This document shows positions 17,140 to 26,414 of a stretch of DNA of 56,116 bases, one piece after another. The notes below the pieces were generated by a model. That model saw only the letters and a program-made list of their open reading frames with translations, was not told the DNA's origin and searched no databases. This DNA is from Elusimicrobiota bacterium (lineage in GTDB: Bacteria; Elusimicrobiota; Elusimicrobia; Elusimicrobiales; UBA9959): contig DAIENX010000076.1 of NCBI GenBank assembly GCA_027340875.1, forward strand, positions 1-56,116, in the 5' to 3' direction. Within the stretch, counting starts at the first letter, position 1; each line of letters begins with the position of its first letter. The position numbers and the translations under genes were made by a program.

Positions 17140-18213
17140 TTACTTGTAGACGCGGGGGATGCGGGCGTTGGCGGCCGTGCGGCGCACGTGCAGCGCCACC
17201 GGAGCGCCTATCCTCGCCCCGGGGATGCCGGTGACGTCCAGCAGCGTGTGGGAGATGCCGGTGCGGCCGGTGAACCAGGCCTTCCTGCCGCCTATCACGC
17301 CCCAGTAGCGGAAGCCGGAGGATATGCGGATCCTGTTCTCCACGGGCTCCATCGTCAGGCCGTCGGAATAGCCGGCCGGGACCGTGGCGATGGTCATGGC
17401 CCTGGGCGCCGTGAACTCGGCCGCGTAGCCCAGCGACTCGCCTTTTTTGACTTTTCGCAGGGAAATTATCCTCGCGTAGAGCTGCCAGGGCCTGCCCAGT
17501 CCCGGCAGCGGCGGGCCATGCCGCTTCTTCCGGTACACGTCCGTGGGGTAGATCCCGTACATCAGGTTGCCCACGCGTACCATGTCCAGCTGCCATTGCG
17601 GCATGTCGCAGAGGATGGAGCTGTTGGCCGCGTGAGCCTTAAGGCCGGGGAACGCCGCCCGCAGTCCCCGGGCCAGCGCGGCGAAGGCGAAGAGCTTCTC
17701 CTGCGCCTCTATCATGTTCTGCGCCGGCCGGTAGGCCAGGTGCGCCGAAAGGGAGAAAGGCCGGGCCTTCTTCAGACGCGCCGCGGCCGCCAGCAGCGCG
17801 GGGACTTCTTCCGGCTTCACGCCCCAGCGCCCCAGGCCGAGGTCCACGTCCAGCGTGTAGGGGGCGTGGCCCTTCGCCGCTTTGTCCAGCGCGCGTATGA
17901 AGGCGGGAGAATCCGCCGTGGGTATCAGGGAATTACGGACTATCAGCGGGGCCTCTTCGGGAAGCGAAGGGGCCAGCAGGTGTATCTGCGTCCGCGGGAA
18001 GGAAGCGCGCAGCGCGGCCCCCTCTTCCGCCGTCAGCACGCCCAGGCAGTCGGCCCCGCTGGCCAGCGCGGTCCTGGAGACCACGGCAGCGCCGTGACCG
18101 TAGCCGTCTGCCTTTACCACGGCCATGAACGAGACGCCCGGCTTCAGGGCCTTCTTCACGGCTCGCACGTTGCCGGCCAGCGCCTTAAGGTCTATCTCCA
18201 CCCATTTCAGCAT
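17140..18213 (-). CDS. alr: Alanine racemase family PLP enzyme (divergent)
   Basis: AVVKADGYGHG PLP-lysine motif, HAANS, MVRVG, SLGY, AGYSDG. Confidence 0.88.
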   Translation of the reverse strand: MLKWVEIDLKALAGNVRAVKKALKPGVSFMAVVKADGYGHGAAVVSRTALASGADCLGVLTAEEGAALRASFPRTQIHLLAPSLPEEAPLIVRNSLIPTADSPAFIRALDKAAKGHAPYTLDVDLGLGRWGVKPEEVPALLAAAARLKKARPFSLSAHLAYRPAQNMIEAQEKLFAFAALARGLRAAFPGLKAHAANSSILCDMPQWQLDMVRVGNLMYGIYPTDVYRKKRHGPPLPGLGRPWQLYARIISLRKVKKGESLGYAAEFTAPRAMTIATVPAGYSDGLTMEPVENRIRISSGFRYWGVIGGRKAWFTGRTGISHTLLDVTGIPGARIGAPVALHVRRTAANARIPRVYK

Positions 18214-18242
18214 AGTAGGGTCCGTGACAAAATTATATCATT

Positions 18243-18425
18243 AACCTGAAGTCCGCAGTTCAGTGCGGTTTTCATTATGAAAATCAGTGAACAGAATTAT
18301 TCTGCGGGATTCCCCGCGCAGCGGGCCGAGGGCCCAGCGCTATGCGCGCCCGGCCCGAGGAGGTGTATGCCTCCCGAAGGGCGCCCGCTATGCGGGCGGA
18401 AAATTGCAAGTGCAATTTTCAGGCT
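18243..18425. other. Multibranch palindromic intergenic structure between alr and mfd
   Basis: CCTGAA/TTCAGG closing stem with internal hairpins TTTTCATTATGAAAA, GGAGGTGTATGCCTCC, GAAAATTGCAAGTGCAATTTTC. Confidence 0.55.
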
Positions 18426-18431
18426 AAGGCG

Positions 18432-21400
18432 ATGATAGCCAAGGTCGTCAAAGGCGCGCCCAACATAAGCGCAAAAGCCTGGTTCGCTCTGGACGCGTAC
18501 CGGAAAGGGCCTTCCCACGTGCTCATTGCCGCCGCCTCGGAGGAGGCCCTTTCCTCCTGGCAGCACGCCTCCAACTCTCTTGCGGGGCTCATTCCAGGTC
18601 TGCCGCCCTTCGAGGTATGTCTGTGGGGCGGGGACCTCTCCGAGCGGGCCCGGTCCATGCGCGCGCTCTACTCGCCGGAGCCGGGCCGCTGTTACTTCCA
18701 CGTCGCTTCACCCGAGGCGCTCTGTGAGGCGCTGATGCCTGAGGCCGAGTATTCTAACCTCAGCTTTTCTTTCAAGCAGGGCTATTCCTACGCGCGCAGC
18801 GCCTCTATAGATCTCTTCATCAAGGCCGGCTACGAGCGCGTCTCTTTCGTGGAGGAAAAAGGACAGTTCGCCGCGCGCGGCTCGGTTCTGGACTTCTACC
18901 CGCCCGGCTCGGACAAGCCGGTCCGCCTGTTCTTCTCCGACAATAAGCTGGAGAGCGTGCGCTGGTTCGAGATAGACACGCAGCATACCTCGGATTTCCT
19001 GATGAGCGTGGACGTCCCGCCCAACATCTTCGGCGGGCCCGGCCGTGCGTTGCTGTCCTTCGCCGGAGAAAGCTGGAAGCTGTTCCTGGATACGGCCCCG
19101 CCGGACTGCGCGGAACTCCCTACGGCAGAGGCCTTCTCCTTCCTGCCGCCGCTCTCCGGCGGCCCCGCGGAGGCTTTCGGAGCCGCCTCCAACCTCAATT
19201 TCAACTCCGACGTGGAGCTGCTGGCCGGCGAGCTGCGCCGCCTGAAGAAGGCCGGCATTAACGCCACGCTGTTCTGTATCAACCGCGGCGAGGCGGAGCG
19301 GCTGGCCGAGTCGCTGGCCGACGCGGGGGCCGGCGGCCTTGTCTCCATCGCCACCGGCTATATCGAAGAGGGCTTCGTGCATCCACCGTCGAAGACGGCC
19401 GTGATCACTACCTCCGAGCTTTTCCGCCGCCGCTACCGCTTCGACCCGGCCTCGATAAAGCCCAAGAACAAGTTCTTCAAATGGACGGACCTGAAGGTGG
19501 GCGACTTCGTCGTGCACGAGGACTACGGCGTCGGCCGCTACCTGGGCGTGAAGAAGGTGTTCTTCCGCTCCGCCGACGGCCAGCAGGTGGAAGATTCCGA
19601 CTGCCTCTACCTGGAATACGCCCGCAACGACAAGCTGATGGTGCCGCTGCACGACTTCAGCCGCGTGCAGAAATACATCAGCTCCGAGGGCAGGGCGCCG
19701 CGCCTCTCGCACATGGACACCAAGACCTGGACGGAGATGAAGGTCCGGGTCAAGAAGGAAGTCGAGGTCCTGGCGCTGGATATCCTGAAGCTGGAGGCAG
19801 AACGGGCGGCCCTGAAGACGGCGGCCCTGCCGCACGGCGGCCACCTCGAGGACGAGTTCGCGGCCTCTTTCCCTTTCCAGGAGACGCCGGACCAGGCGCG
19901 GGCCATAGCCGAGGTGCTGGAAGACCTTTCCAAGGACCTGCCTATGAACCGGCTGGTGGCCGGGGACGTCGGCTTCGGCAAGACCGAGGTCGCTATGCGC
20001 GCGGCGATGCGCGCCGTGGCCAACGGCAGGCAGGCGGCCGTCCTGGTGCCGACCACCATACTCGCCGACCAGCATTTCAGGAACTTCGCCAAGCGCTTCG
20101 CCGGCTTCCCGGTGAACATCCGCGTCGTTTCGCGCTTCGTCCCTCCGGGCGAGCGTAAGAAGATATTGAAGGACCTGGCCGCCGGCAAGGTCGATATCGT
20201 GGTGGGCACGCACAGGCTGCTGCAGAAGGACGTTAAGTTCTCGGACCTCGGCCTGATGGCTGTGGACGAGGAGCACCGCTTCGGCGTTAAGGATAAGGAC
20301 CGCATCAAGGAGGCGGCGAAGGGCGTCCACTGCCTGCTGATGAGCGCCACGCCGATACCGCGCACGCTCTACCAGTCGCTCTCCTCCCTCAAGGCCATGT
20401 CCGTGATAGAAAGCGCCCCCGTCGGGCGCCAGGCCATCTCCACGTTCGTGCGTCCCTTCGCCGAAAAGGGCGCTGCGGAGGCCATCACCTACGAGCTGGC
20501 GCGCGGCGGGCAGGTCTATTACGTCCACAACCGCGTGGAGACCATAGAGAGCCGCCGGGCCTACCTGAAGCGCCTGATGCCGGAGCTGCGCGTGGCCGTG
20601 GTGCACGGCCAGATGCGGGCCGACGCGGTGGAAAAGCACATGTGGGACTTCCTGAACCGCAAGTACGACGTGCTGATGGCCACCACGATCATCGAGTCCG
20701 GCATAGACATCCCGACGGTGAACACGCTGATAGTGGAGAACGCCCACGAAATGGGCCTGGCCCAGCTCTACCAGCTGCGCGGCCGCATAGGCCGCGAAAA
20801 GCAGAAGGCCTACTGCTACCTCTACTTCCCGGGCTGGCTGAAGAAAGGCGCCGAGAAGCTGAAGAAGAAGGCGCAGCTCATCGAGAACGGCTCGGACGAG
20901 GAGCCGCCTATCAGCGAGGACGCCGTGAAGCGTCTGTCGGCGCTGGAGGAGTTCACCGAGCTGGGCTCCGGCTTCCGCCTGGCCATGCGCGACCTCGAGA
21001 TACGCGGCGCCGGCGACCTGCTCGGAGTGCGCCAGCACGGCTTCATCAATTCTATAGGCCTCGAGATGTACATCAAGCTGCTCAACGGCGAGATAGACCG
21101 CATCAAGGGCCGCGCCGAGGCGCGGGAACTGCCGGAACCGAAGATAGACATCCTGGCGCCCGCCTTCATCCCCGAGGATTACGTGGGCGACGACATGGAG
21201 CGACTGAACTTCTATAAGAAGCTGCTGAACGCGAAAGAGTCGGACCTGGACGCCGTGCTGAAGGGCTTCGAGGACATCTCCGGCCCCGCGCCGGAGCCGC
21301 TGAAGAACCTGGTGCGGATAATACGCTACAGGAAGGTCCTGGCCAGGAAAAGCGTGCGCTCCGTCACGCAGAAGGACGACGAGCTGGAGATATACTTCCT

Positions 21401-21560
21401 GCCTGGCGCGAAGGTGGACGCGGGGGTTATTTCCGCCTGGGGACGGGCTTTCGGCGGCAGGCTGGCCTTCCTGCCTTCCAAGGCGGGCGACGGTATAAGG
21501 ATATCCGGAGTGGCGGACCCGCTGGAAGACCTGGCCGCGGCCGCGGCCGCGCTGCGCTGA
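18432..21560 (+). CDS. mfd: Transcription-repair coupling factor
   Basis: CarD-like VVHEDYGVGRY, GDVGFGKTEVA, DEEHRFG, QLYQLRGRIGR, DLEIRGAG, TRCF C-terminal domain. Confidence 0.97.
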   Translation: MIAKVVKGAPNISAKAWFALDAYRKGPSHVLIAAASEEALSSWQHASNSLAGLIPGLPPFEVCLWGGDLSERARSMRALYSPEPGRCYFHVASPEALCEALMPEAEYSNLSFSFKQGYSYARSASIDLFIKAGYERVSFVEEKGQFAARGSVLDFYPPGSDKPVRLFFSDNKLESVRWFEIDTQHTSDFLMSVDVPPNIFGGPGRALLSFAGESWKLFLDTAPPDCAELPTAEAFSFLPPLSGGPAEAFGAASNLNFNSDVELLAGELRRLKKAGINATLFCINRGEAERLAESLADAGAGGLVSIATGYIEEGFVHPPSKTAVITTSELFRRRYRFDPASIKPKNKFFKWTDLKVGDFVVHEDYGVGRYLGVKKVFFRSADGQQVEDSDCLYLEYARNDKLMVPLHDFSRVQKYISSEGRAPRLSHMDTKTWTEMKVRVKKEVEVLALDILKLEAERAALKTAALPHGGHLEDEFAASFPFQETPDQARAIAEVLEDLSKDLPMNRLVAGDVGFGKTEVAMRAAMRAVANGRQAAVLVPTTILADQHFRNFAKRFAGFPVNIRVVSRFVPPGERKKILKDLAAGKVDIVVGTHRLLQKDVKFSDLGLMAVDEEHRFGVKDKDRIKEAAKGVHCLLMSATPIPRTLYQSLSSLKAMSVIESAPVGRQAISTFVRPFAEKGAAEAITYELARGGQVYYVHNRVETIESRRAYLKRLMPELRVAVVHGQMRADAVEKHMWDFLNRKYDVLMATTIIESGIDIPTVNTLIVENAHEMGLAQLYQLRGRIGREKQKAYCYLYFPGWLKKGAEKLKKKAQLIENGSDEEPPISEDAVKRLSALEEFTELGSGFRLAMRDLEIRGAGDLLGVRQHGFINSIGLEMYIKLLNGEIDRIKGRAEARELPEPKIDILAPAFIPEDYVGDDMERLNFYKKLLNAKESDLDAVLKGFEDISGPAPEPLKNLVRIIRYRKVLARKSVRSVTQKDDELEIYFLPGAKVDAGVISAWGRAFGGRLAFLPSKAGDGIRISGVADPLEDLAAAAAALR

Positions 21561-21588
21561 CCCCGATATAGACTGGACCGGAAAAGAT

Positions 21589-21753
21589 ATGCCCTGGAGA
21601 AGAAAACGCAATTTCAGGTCCGCGCCCGGGATCGTCCTGCTGCTGCTGGCCGCGGCCGTAGCGGCCGGGGTCCTTGCCTGCGTCTCGGTGGAAGGGGGGC
21701 GGCAGGTCCTTGGCCTGGCCGACAGCCGCCGAGCCCAGCCTTTCAGCCGCTGA
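21589..21753 (+). CDS. Putative small membrane protein (54 aa)
   Basis: Manual translation MPWRRKRNFRSAPGIVLLLLAAAVAAGVLACVSVEGG...FSR*: basic N-terminus plus one hydrophobic helix. Confidence 0.45.
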   Translation: MPWRRKRNFRSAPGIVLLLLAAAVAAGVLACVSVEGGRQVLGLADSRRAQPFSR

Positions 21754-21962
21754 CCCCGCAGCGCCGGTGAAGACCGCCGCCGATAAGTCCGGATAGCCTT
21801 TTTCCGGCCGCGCCTGTCCCGCAGTCCTTTCGGGCGCGTTCCTGGTCCCAATACGGAATAGGTCCAAAAACGACCCGCCTCTGGGCCTTTCGCTTCTATT
21901 GGCGAAGTGCCGTAAAAAAATAGAATTATCGTGTAGCCTTAAACCGTAAGGAGACGCGACCG

Positions 21963-23204
21963 ATGAAAAAGAATTTTCCTCTGCTGTTCCCGACCCTGCT
22001 GCTGGCCTGCTCGTCCAACGCCTTCGCCTGGGGTTCGCTCGGAATACTGGGCCCTTCCACTCATACCCGCATAGCCGCCAAAGCCCTGAAACTGCTGGAC
22101 TCCGGCTCCTACCCGGACATGATGAACAACGGCACCCAGATAAAGAACGGTGCCACTTCCGAAGCCGGCCACGAGAAGATACATAACGGCGGCGGCCGCC
22201 TGAAGGACTGGTGGGACGGCGGCGACGGCCGCGGGACGCTGAAGGGCGGGGTGCTGCCGAGCTACTCGAAGCTCGAGATCGAGGACGCCTATCTGAACCT
22301 GGGCCGGATGTGCCACCTGACGGAGGACCAGGCCGTGCCGGCCCATGCCGCCCACATACCGCACAGCATAGTGCTGCACCTGCCTCCGGACGGGGTGGAG
22401 AAATACACGGGCAAGCACCATGATTTTGGAGAGATCCCGCAGGTGGCCGGGGATAAGATGCCGTATGAATATTACCAGACGCTGCAGGACGAGACGCGCA
22501 GTCACCTGGGCGAATGGGTGAGCCCGGTCACCGGCAAGCCTTTCTGGGACGAGTCCCCGGAGGCCTACCGCTTCAAGGACGCCACGCTGGGCCCCGTCGG
22601 CCAGTACGGCGGCGGCGGCGACACCTTCCTGCAGTCGGCCGAGCAGGACCTTAAGGCCTCCGGCCTGAGCGCCAGGGAGATAGCCGCCAGGCAGCTCGGC
22701 ATGGCGGCCGGCTACACCAAGGCCGTCCTGGAATCCGCCTCCAAACGCCTGCCTCCCCTCGTGTCCGGCCTTTCGGTCTATCCCGGCGTCATTACGCCGG
22801 GGCAGAAGGTGCAGATAGCCTTCACCGCCCTGGAGAACCGCACCCCGCATGTCCGCTACGCCGTGACCCTCAGGCCCGACGGCGGCGAGGAGACGGTGAT
22901 CCTGACGGGCGAGACGAAGCTGGATAAGCCCAGCCCGTCCTTCGACACCTCCGGCCAGCAGGAGCCCAAGAAACCGGAAGAGCTGCTCTTCAACCGCCGA
23001 GTGCGGCTGGACTGGGCCGCCGCCGCCGGCGGAAAGCCGCTGGCCGAGGGCGCCTACCTGTTGGAAGTGCACCTGATGGACGACGATGGGAACATCATAC
23101 CCGTTTCCGTCAACTCGGACGACGTCAGGGAGAACGATTCCGCCAGGCTGGTCTCCGTGGTCAACACCGCCCCGAAGGACCCGTCCCCCTTCAGCTTCGA
23201 CTAA
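21963..23204 (+). CDS. Secreted Zn-dependent phospholipase C / S1-P1 nuclease superfamily protein with C-terminal beta domain
   Basis: Signal peptide ending AFA then mature Trp1; THTRIA, HEKIH, CHLTEDQAVPAHA metal-ligand pattern. Confidence 0.75.
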   Translation: MKKNFPLLFPTLLLACSSNAFAWGSLGILGPSTHTRIAAKALKLLDSGSYPDMMNNGTQIKNGATSEAGHEKIHNGGGRLKDWWDGGDGRGTLKGGVLPSYSKLEIEDAYLNLGRMCHLTEDQAVPAHAAHIPHSIVLHLPPDGVEKYTGKHHDFGEIPQVAGDKMPYEYYQTLQDETRSHLGEWVSPVTGKPFWDESPEAYRFKDATLGPVGQYGGGGDTFLQSAEQDLKASGLSAREIAARQLGMAAGYTKAVLESASKRLPPLVSGLSVYPGVITPGQKVQIAFTALENRTPHVRYAVTLRPDGGEETVILTGETKLDKPSPSFDTSGQQEPKKPEELLFNRRVRLDWAAAAGGKPLAEGAYLLEVHLMDDDGNIIPVSVNSDDVRENDSARLVSVVNTAPKDPSPFSFD

Positions 23205-23288
23205 GAAGCCGTCGGCGAGCCGCGGAAAGGCCCGGGAGATCGGGCCTTTCCTTTTGCCCGGAAGACCCTGGCCTCCACGTCGGAGAAG

Positions 23289-23323
23289 TGGTATAATATA
23301 TTCGTAGTCCCGTTCTTTGAGAA
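23289..23323 (+). promoter_or_regulatory. Extended -10 promoter and boxA-like sequence upstream of tmRNA
   Basis: TGGTATAAT (23289-23297) then CGTTCTTTGAGAA (23311-23323). Confidence 0.55.
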
Positions 23324-23325
23324 CC

Positions 23326-23520
23326 CTTGTTGTGAGATTTCTCCTTTCCTCAAAGGAAAGGGGTTCAGCCGTCCTGGCCCACGCTGAAAGCGTGCTGGCC
23401 GACGGCGACGACATAATGGGGAAAACCTTGGTTTTCCCCTTGTGGAGCGCCTGGCCGAGTACCATATGAGGCCAGGCCGTTAATCGGCCCTGAGCGTGCG
23501 TATGCGAAGGGCGCGACAAG
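23326..23520 (+). ncRNA. Unidentified multibranch structured RNA/leader immediately 5' of tmRNA
   Basis: Closing helix CTTGTTGTG/CGCGACAAG with G-U pairs, enclosing about five hairpins. Confidence 0.55.
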
Positions 23521-23521
23521 C

Positions 23522-23873
23522 GGGGGTGAACAGGTTCGACGTTAACTTGTTCCGCTGGATCAGCAGGTCATGGTTGACCAGGCCATGTAAAACAGGGTCA
23601 AAAAAACAAAAGCCAACTCCAACGAGCTGGCCTGGGCGCACGCCTAAGTGTGCCTCGCTTACAGTCTGCCCGCCTGAGCGGGCTGTACTGCGTTAAATTC
23701 AGGCTGCTGTCGCCGGGGGCGCGCTTCGTCCCGCGGCGGCTTAAGACAACACGGAGCTGGCCCGTTCCTTGCAGCCCCGGGTTTAGGGCGGGCGAGACAA
23801 AACCGGGGATAAGCCTGTAGCGGTTCCAGCGAGCGGTTGACGGACCCGGGTGCGAATCCCGGCACCTCCACCA
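23522..23873 (+). ncRNA. ssrA: tmRNA
   Basis: 5' GGGGGTGAACAGGTTCGAC; 3' GACCCGGGTGCGAATCCCGGCACCTCCACCA; tag ORF 23612-23647 ANSNELAWAHA*. Confidence 0.96.
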
Positions 23874-23876
23874 TTT

Positions 23877-23904
23877 AAAAGCCGGCCCTTCGGGGCCGGC
23901 TTTT
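23877..23904. terminator. Bidirectional intrinsic terminator
   Basis: AAAAGCCGGCCC-TTCG-GGGCCGGCTTTT. Confidence 0.88.
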
Positions 23905-23990
23905 ATTTCAGAACGCGGTGTGAAGCCGGTGGCGGAGCGCACGGCCGCGGACCCAAAAAACGCGCCTCCGGAAGGGCGAAGATAGCGGGG

Positions 23991-24824
23991 TTATTTCCCG
24001 AAGGTCCAGTACTCGGCGCCGGCCGCGCAGACCGCGGCCCCGGATTTGCCGTTCAGGGCCAGCAGGCCTTTCTGCACCGGCGTCCACATGGCCACCGTGC
24101 GCTTGAAACCGTCACCCAGCGTCATCTGCGAATACTTGTTGTAGACGCAGTCCTCGAAATCGTTGAAAAGTATCCAGATGCTGTCCTGCTCCGACTTCAC
24201 CGACGCTATCACGTAGCCGTCGCAGACATAGGAGTGGCCTGTCTTCATGCTCACGGCCCGGACCATGAAATGGTTGGCCGCTAGCAGGTTCTCCGCGCTG
24301 TACTTGTAGGGATCGCTCCAGCCGTTGACTATCTCGAACCTGTAGCTGTCCGGCGAAAAACGTTCTTCGAGATATTCCTTGAGGCGCCTGGCGTGGGTAA
24401 GGCAGTCCGTGGCGCCGGTCCCGACGTTGGGGATGACGTTGCCGAAATAGTACTTGCCCTTCCGTATTGCCGCGAGCAGGTCTTTTTTTTCCGCCTTGGA
24501 CGCCTCCTCGCCGGCGTCGAGCCCTGCCCCGGAAAGGTTCCTTCCCGTCGCCTCGAAGTAGTTGCGCGCTTCCTGCCTTGTGTAGCCGGCCGGGGCCGCC
24601 ATTTCCGCGGCAAGGCCCCTGAGTCCGGCCGGAGAGGCCGGCGAATAGGAGGGCGAGAGGGCGCCGTAACACTCGGAGCATTTGAGGCTGAGCGTGGCCG
24701 GTTCCGGCGGGGGGACGACCGGAGCCGCTTTGTCGGCATGCGCGGCGGAATACCAGTCGTCCCCGGCCCGCGCGGGGGCGGCCAGGGCAAATGCCAGTAC
24801 TGCAAGCGCCAGAGTTGTTCTCAT
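23991..24824 (-). CDS. Secreted hypothetical protein, possible transglutaminase/papain-like Cys-His-Asp enzyme
   Basis: Signal peptide; TDCLTHARRL...ANHFMV...YVCDGY ordering of Cys, His, Asp. Confidence 0.6.
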   Translation of the reverse strand: MRTTLALAVLAFALAAPARAGDDWYSAAHADKAAPVVPPPEPATLSLKCSECYGALSPSYSPASPAGLRGLAAEMAAPAGYTRQEARNYFEATGRNLSGAGLDAGEEASKAEKKDLLAAIRKGKYYFGNVIPNVGTGATDCLTHARRLKEYLEERFSPDSYRFEIVNGWSDPYKYSAENLLAANHFMVRAVSMKTGHSYVCDGYVIASVKSEQDSIWILFNDFEDCVYNKYSQMTLGDGFKRTVAMWTPVQKGLLALNGKSGAAVCAAGAEYWTFGK

Positions 24825-25055
24825 AAAAACAATCACGCCCGGAGACTCTCCTGATCTCCCTTCTATAGTATATGGGGGGCGGCTTGACTTGTCAATGGGC
24901 GGTACGCATGGGGCACAGGCGCGGCCACCCCCGGTGTTTCCCCTGCCCGGAGCGTGTTGGGATATTCGGCGGACGGGGCCCGGCCGGGCAAGCGGCGTTT
25001 GTCTTCGCGGCTCATCGCCGCCCCGCCGCCTTTCATGCGGGCATCCAGCCAGAGC

Positions 25056-25085
25056 GAAACCGCCGGGCTTTCGCCCGGCGGCTTC
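25056..25085 (-). terminator. Putative terminator after serine protease gene
   Basis: CCGCCGGGC-TTTC-GCCCGGCGG hairpin. Confidence 0.55.
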
Positions 25086-25106
25086 TCCGTAACCCCGGCA
25101 GGAGGG

Positions 25107-26135
25107 TTACGGCTTGTTGTTGTTGAGCTGGGCGGTGAGGCAGTCCACGTAAGCCATCAGCTGGGCTATGGAGGCGCCGGCGCCCGGGTCCTGGCAGTTG
25201 CCTAGCATGGTCGCGACGTTAGGGTTCACAGGTGTCTCCACGGTCGGGCTCTCCTGGCCGGGCAAAGGTATGTACTGGAGCACCTTGGAGACGCTGGTCA
25301 CGTCCTCTCCGCGGCCTTCCGAGTCGCCGACCTTCACGGAGACGCGGCACTTGCCGCCGAACAGCGACGAGTGCACCTGGAAGTCGGTGCCGCCGCGCAC
25401 CAGTATGCCCTCTATCATGCCGGTTTCCTCGTTGAACACCGCGCTGCCGGAATTGCCGCCGTAGGTGTCGAGGTTGGCCTGGAAATAGCCGCTGTAGCCG
25501 TAGACGCTGCGCACCCAGGCGTTGCCGGCCACCTTCACCGGCAGGCCCACCGGGTGGCCTATCACGAACAGCCGCGTGCCTTCCTTTATGCCGCCCTCGC
25601 GGTTCACCTGCAGGGGTTCATGATTGGGTACCGGGCGGTCGAGCTTGATGATGGCGTAATCGGCGCCGCCGTTCTCCTGCTCGCGCGCCACTATGCCCTT
25701 GCAGGAATAGACCTCGGAGGGGTCCACTCCGGAGGGGTTCTTGCCCTGTTCCTTTATGGCGTAGCCGAATACCATCTTGGCGTTGGCGCAGTCGTAGCTG
25801 TCCTTTACGCAGTGGCCGGCCGTCATCACCAGGTCGGGAGCCACCAGCGAACCGGAACAGAAGGCGCCTATGGGCTGCTCGCGGAAAGGCTCCTTCTTGC
25901 AGAGCTGGGCCTTCTCGCCGAAATTCTCCAGCGCCAGCTTTCCGTCGGCCGAAACGGAACCGGCCTTGAAGAAGGCCACCGTGGAGTCGGCCAGGCGGCG
26001 CCTGGCCTCGGAGACCTGGAAATAGTCCTGCCTGTCGTCGGCGCCGTAAATGCCCTTGTCCTCCTGGGCATAAGCGCCGGCCGAGGAGAGTACCGCCGTC
26101 AGAACCGCTAAGACCGCTATGGTGTTCTTCTTCAT
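25107..26135 (-). CDS. Secreted trypsin-like (S1) serine protease
   Basis: Signal peptide; CSGSLV...MTAGHC, DYAII, GGNSGS catalytic motifs. Confidence 0.92.
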   Translation of the reverse strand: MKKNTIAVLAVLTAVLSSAGAYAQEDKGIYGADDRQDYFQVSEARRRLADSTVAFFKAGSVSADGKLALENFGEKAQLCKKEPFREQPIGAFCSGSLVAPDLVMTAGHCVKDSYDCANAKMVFGYAIKEQGKNPSGVDPSEVYSCKGIVAREQENGGADYAIIKLDRPVPNHEPLQVNREGGIKEGTRLFVIGHPVGLPVKVAGNAWVRSVYGYSGYFQANLDTYGGNSGSAVFNEETGMIEGILVRGGTDFQVHSSLFGGKCRVSVKVGDSEGRGEDVTSVSKVLQYIPLPGQESPTVETPVNPNVATMLGNCQDPGAGASIAQLMAYVDCLTAQLNNNKP

Positions 26136-26414
26136 TCGTCATCCCCTGACCGTGATTTACTGGGTATAGTGTAACGCGCCGCGGTCCGGTCCGGAAGGGT
26201 CCGCGTACCCAGACGGACGGGACAAAGGGCCTGGCCCCCGGGCCTCTCGGCGGCTGGGCCCTGCGGGTCCACGCCCATATCTGGAGACGCCGCGCGCCCG
26301 ACAATGCGGCATCTAGCGGCCGCGCTTCAGCGGAGAAGCGTAGAGTATCGGACAACAGCCCCGGCCTTTTCTTCCGCTGATAGAAAAAATAGTACTATGT
26401 CCCGGGGGCTGGAT

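Noticed and set aside
21840..26300. Possible shared GG(T/G)CC-rich operator motif upstream of secreted-enzyme genes (about 21858, 21881, 26218)
   Set aside because: Too degenerate to distinguish from GC-rich background by eye
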